Shown: positions 14,520 through 14,520 of the stretch, one piece after another | Layout: every line of letters starts with the position of its first letter | Position numbering within the stretch: position 1 is the first letter of the stretch | From: an uncultured Bacteriovoracaceae bacterium | GTDB lineage: Bacteria; Bdellovibrionota; Bacteriovoracia; Bacteriovoracales; Bacteriovoracaceae | Direction of reading: 5' to 3' | Length of the DNA stretch: 14,520 nt | Assembly (NCBI GenBank): GCA_964012805.1 | Contig: CAXGUD010000070.1 | Location: 1-14,520 of the forward strand | Made by a program: the position numbers and the translations under genes | Notes under the pieces: generated by a model | The model's database searches: none | The model's input: the letters and a program-made list of their open reading frames with translations, nothing else | What the model was told of the DNA's origin: nothing

Positions 14520-14520
14520 T

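Overview
AT-rich bacterial chromosomal window. Gene content (PilZ protein, CheW-less CheA-like kinase, TIGR02147/DUF4423-like regulator) suggests Bdellovibrionota, Bacteriovorax/Halobacteriovorax-like; this is inference only. Bases 1-10110 look like core genome: recJ, a cyclophilin, a lipoprotein, a flavoprotein, a PilZ protein, a membrane HAMP-PAS-Hpt-HATPase kinase, rsgA, a GlcD-like FAD oxidoreductase and tRNA-Arg(TCT). After the tRNA is an accessory region with no integrase in view, arranged as two divergent arms. Left arm: HTH regulator, an unannotated 52-aa Sec-secreted Gly-rich peptide, a 92-aa 3-TM protein and a 139-aa membrane protein. Right arm: a 168-aa secreted protein, an unannotated 53-aa 1-TM protein, a 99-aa 3-TM protein, a decayed secreted-protein gene and small orphans. 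The 92-aa and 99-aa proteins are ungapped paralogs (33/92 identical by manual alignment). The best candidate for an undescribed system is this regulator + secreted peptide + membrane partner cassette (peptide signalling or toxin/immunity). The window ends in the 3' end of an FG-GAP/VCBS repeat gene missed by the ORF track.
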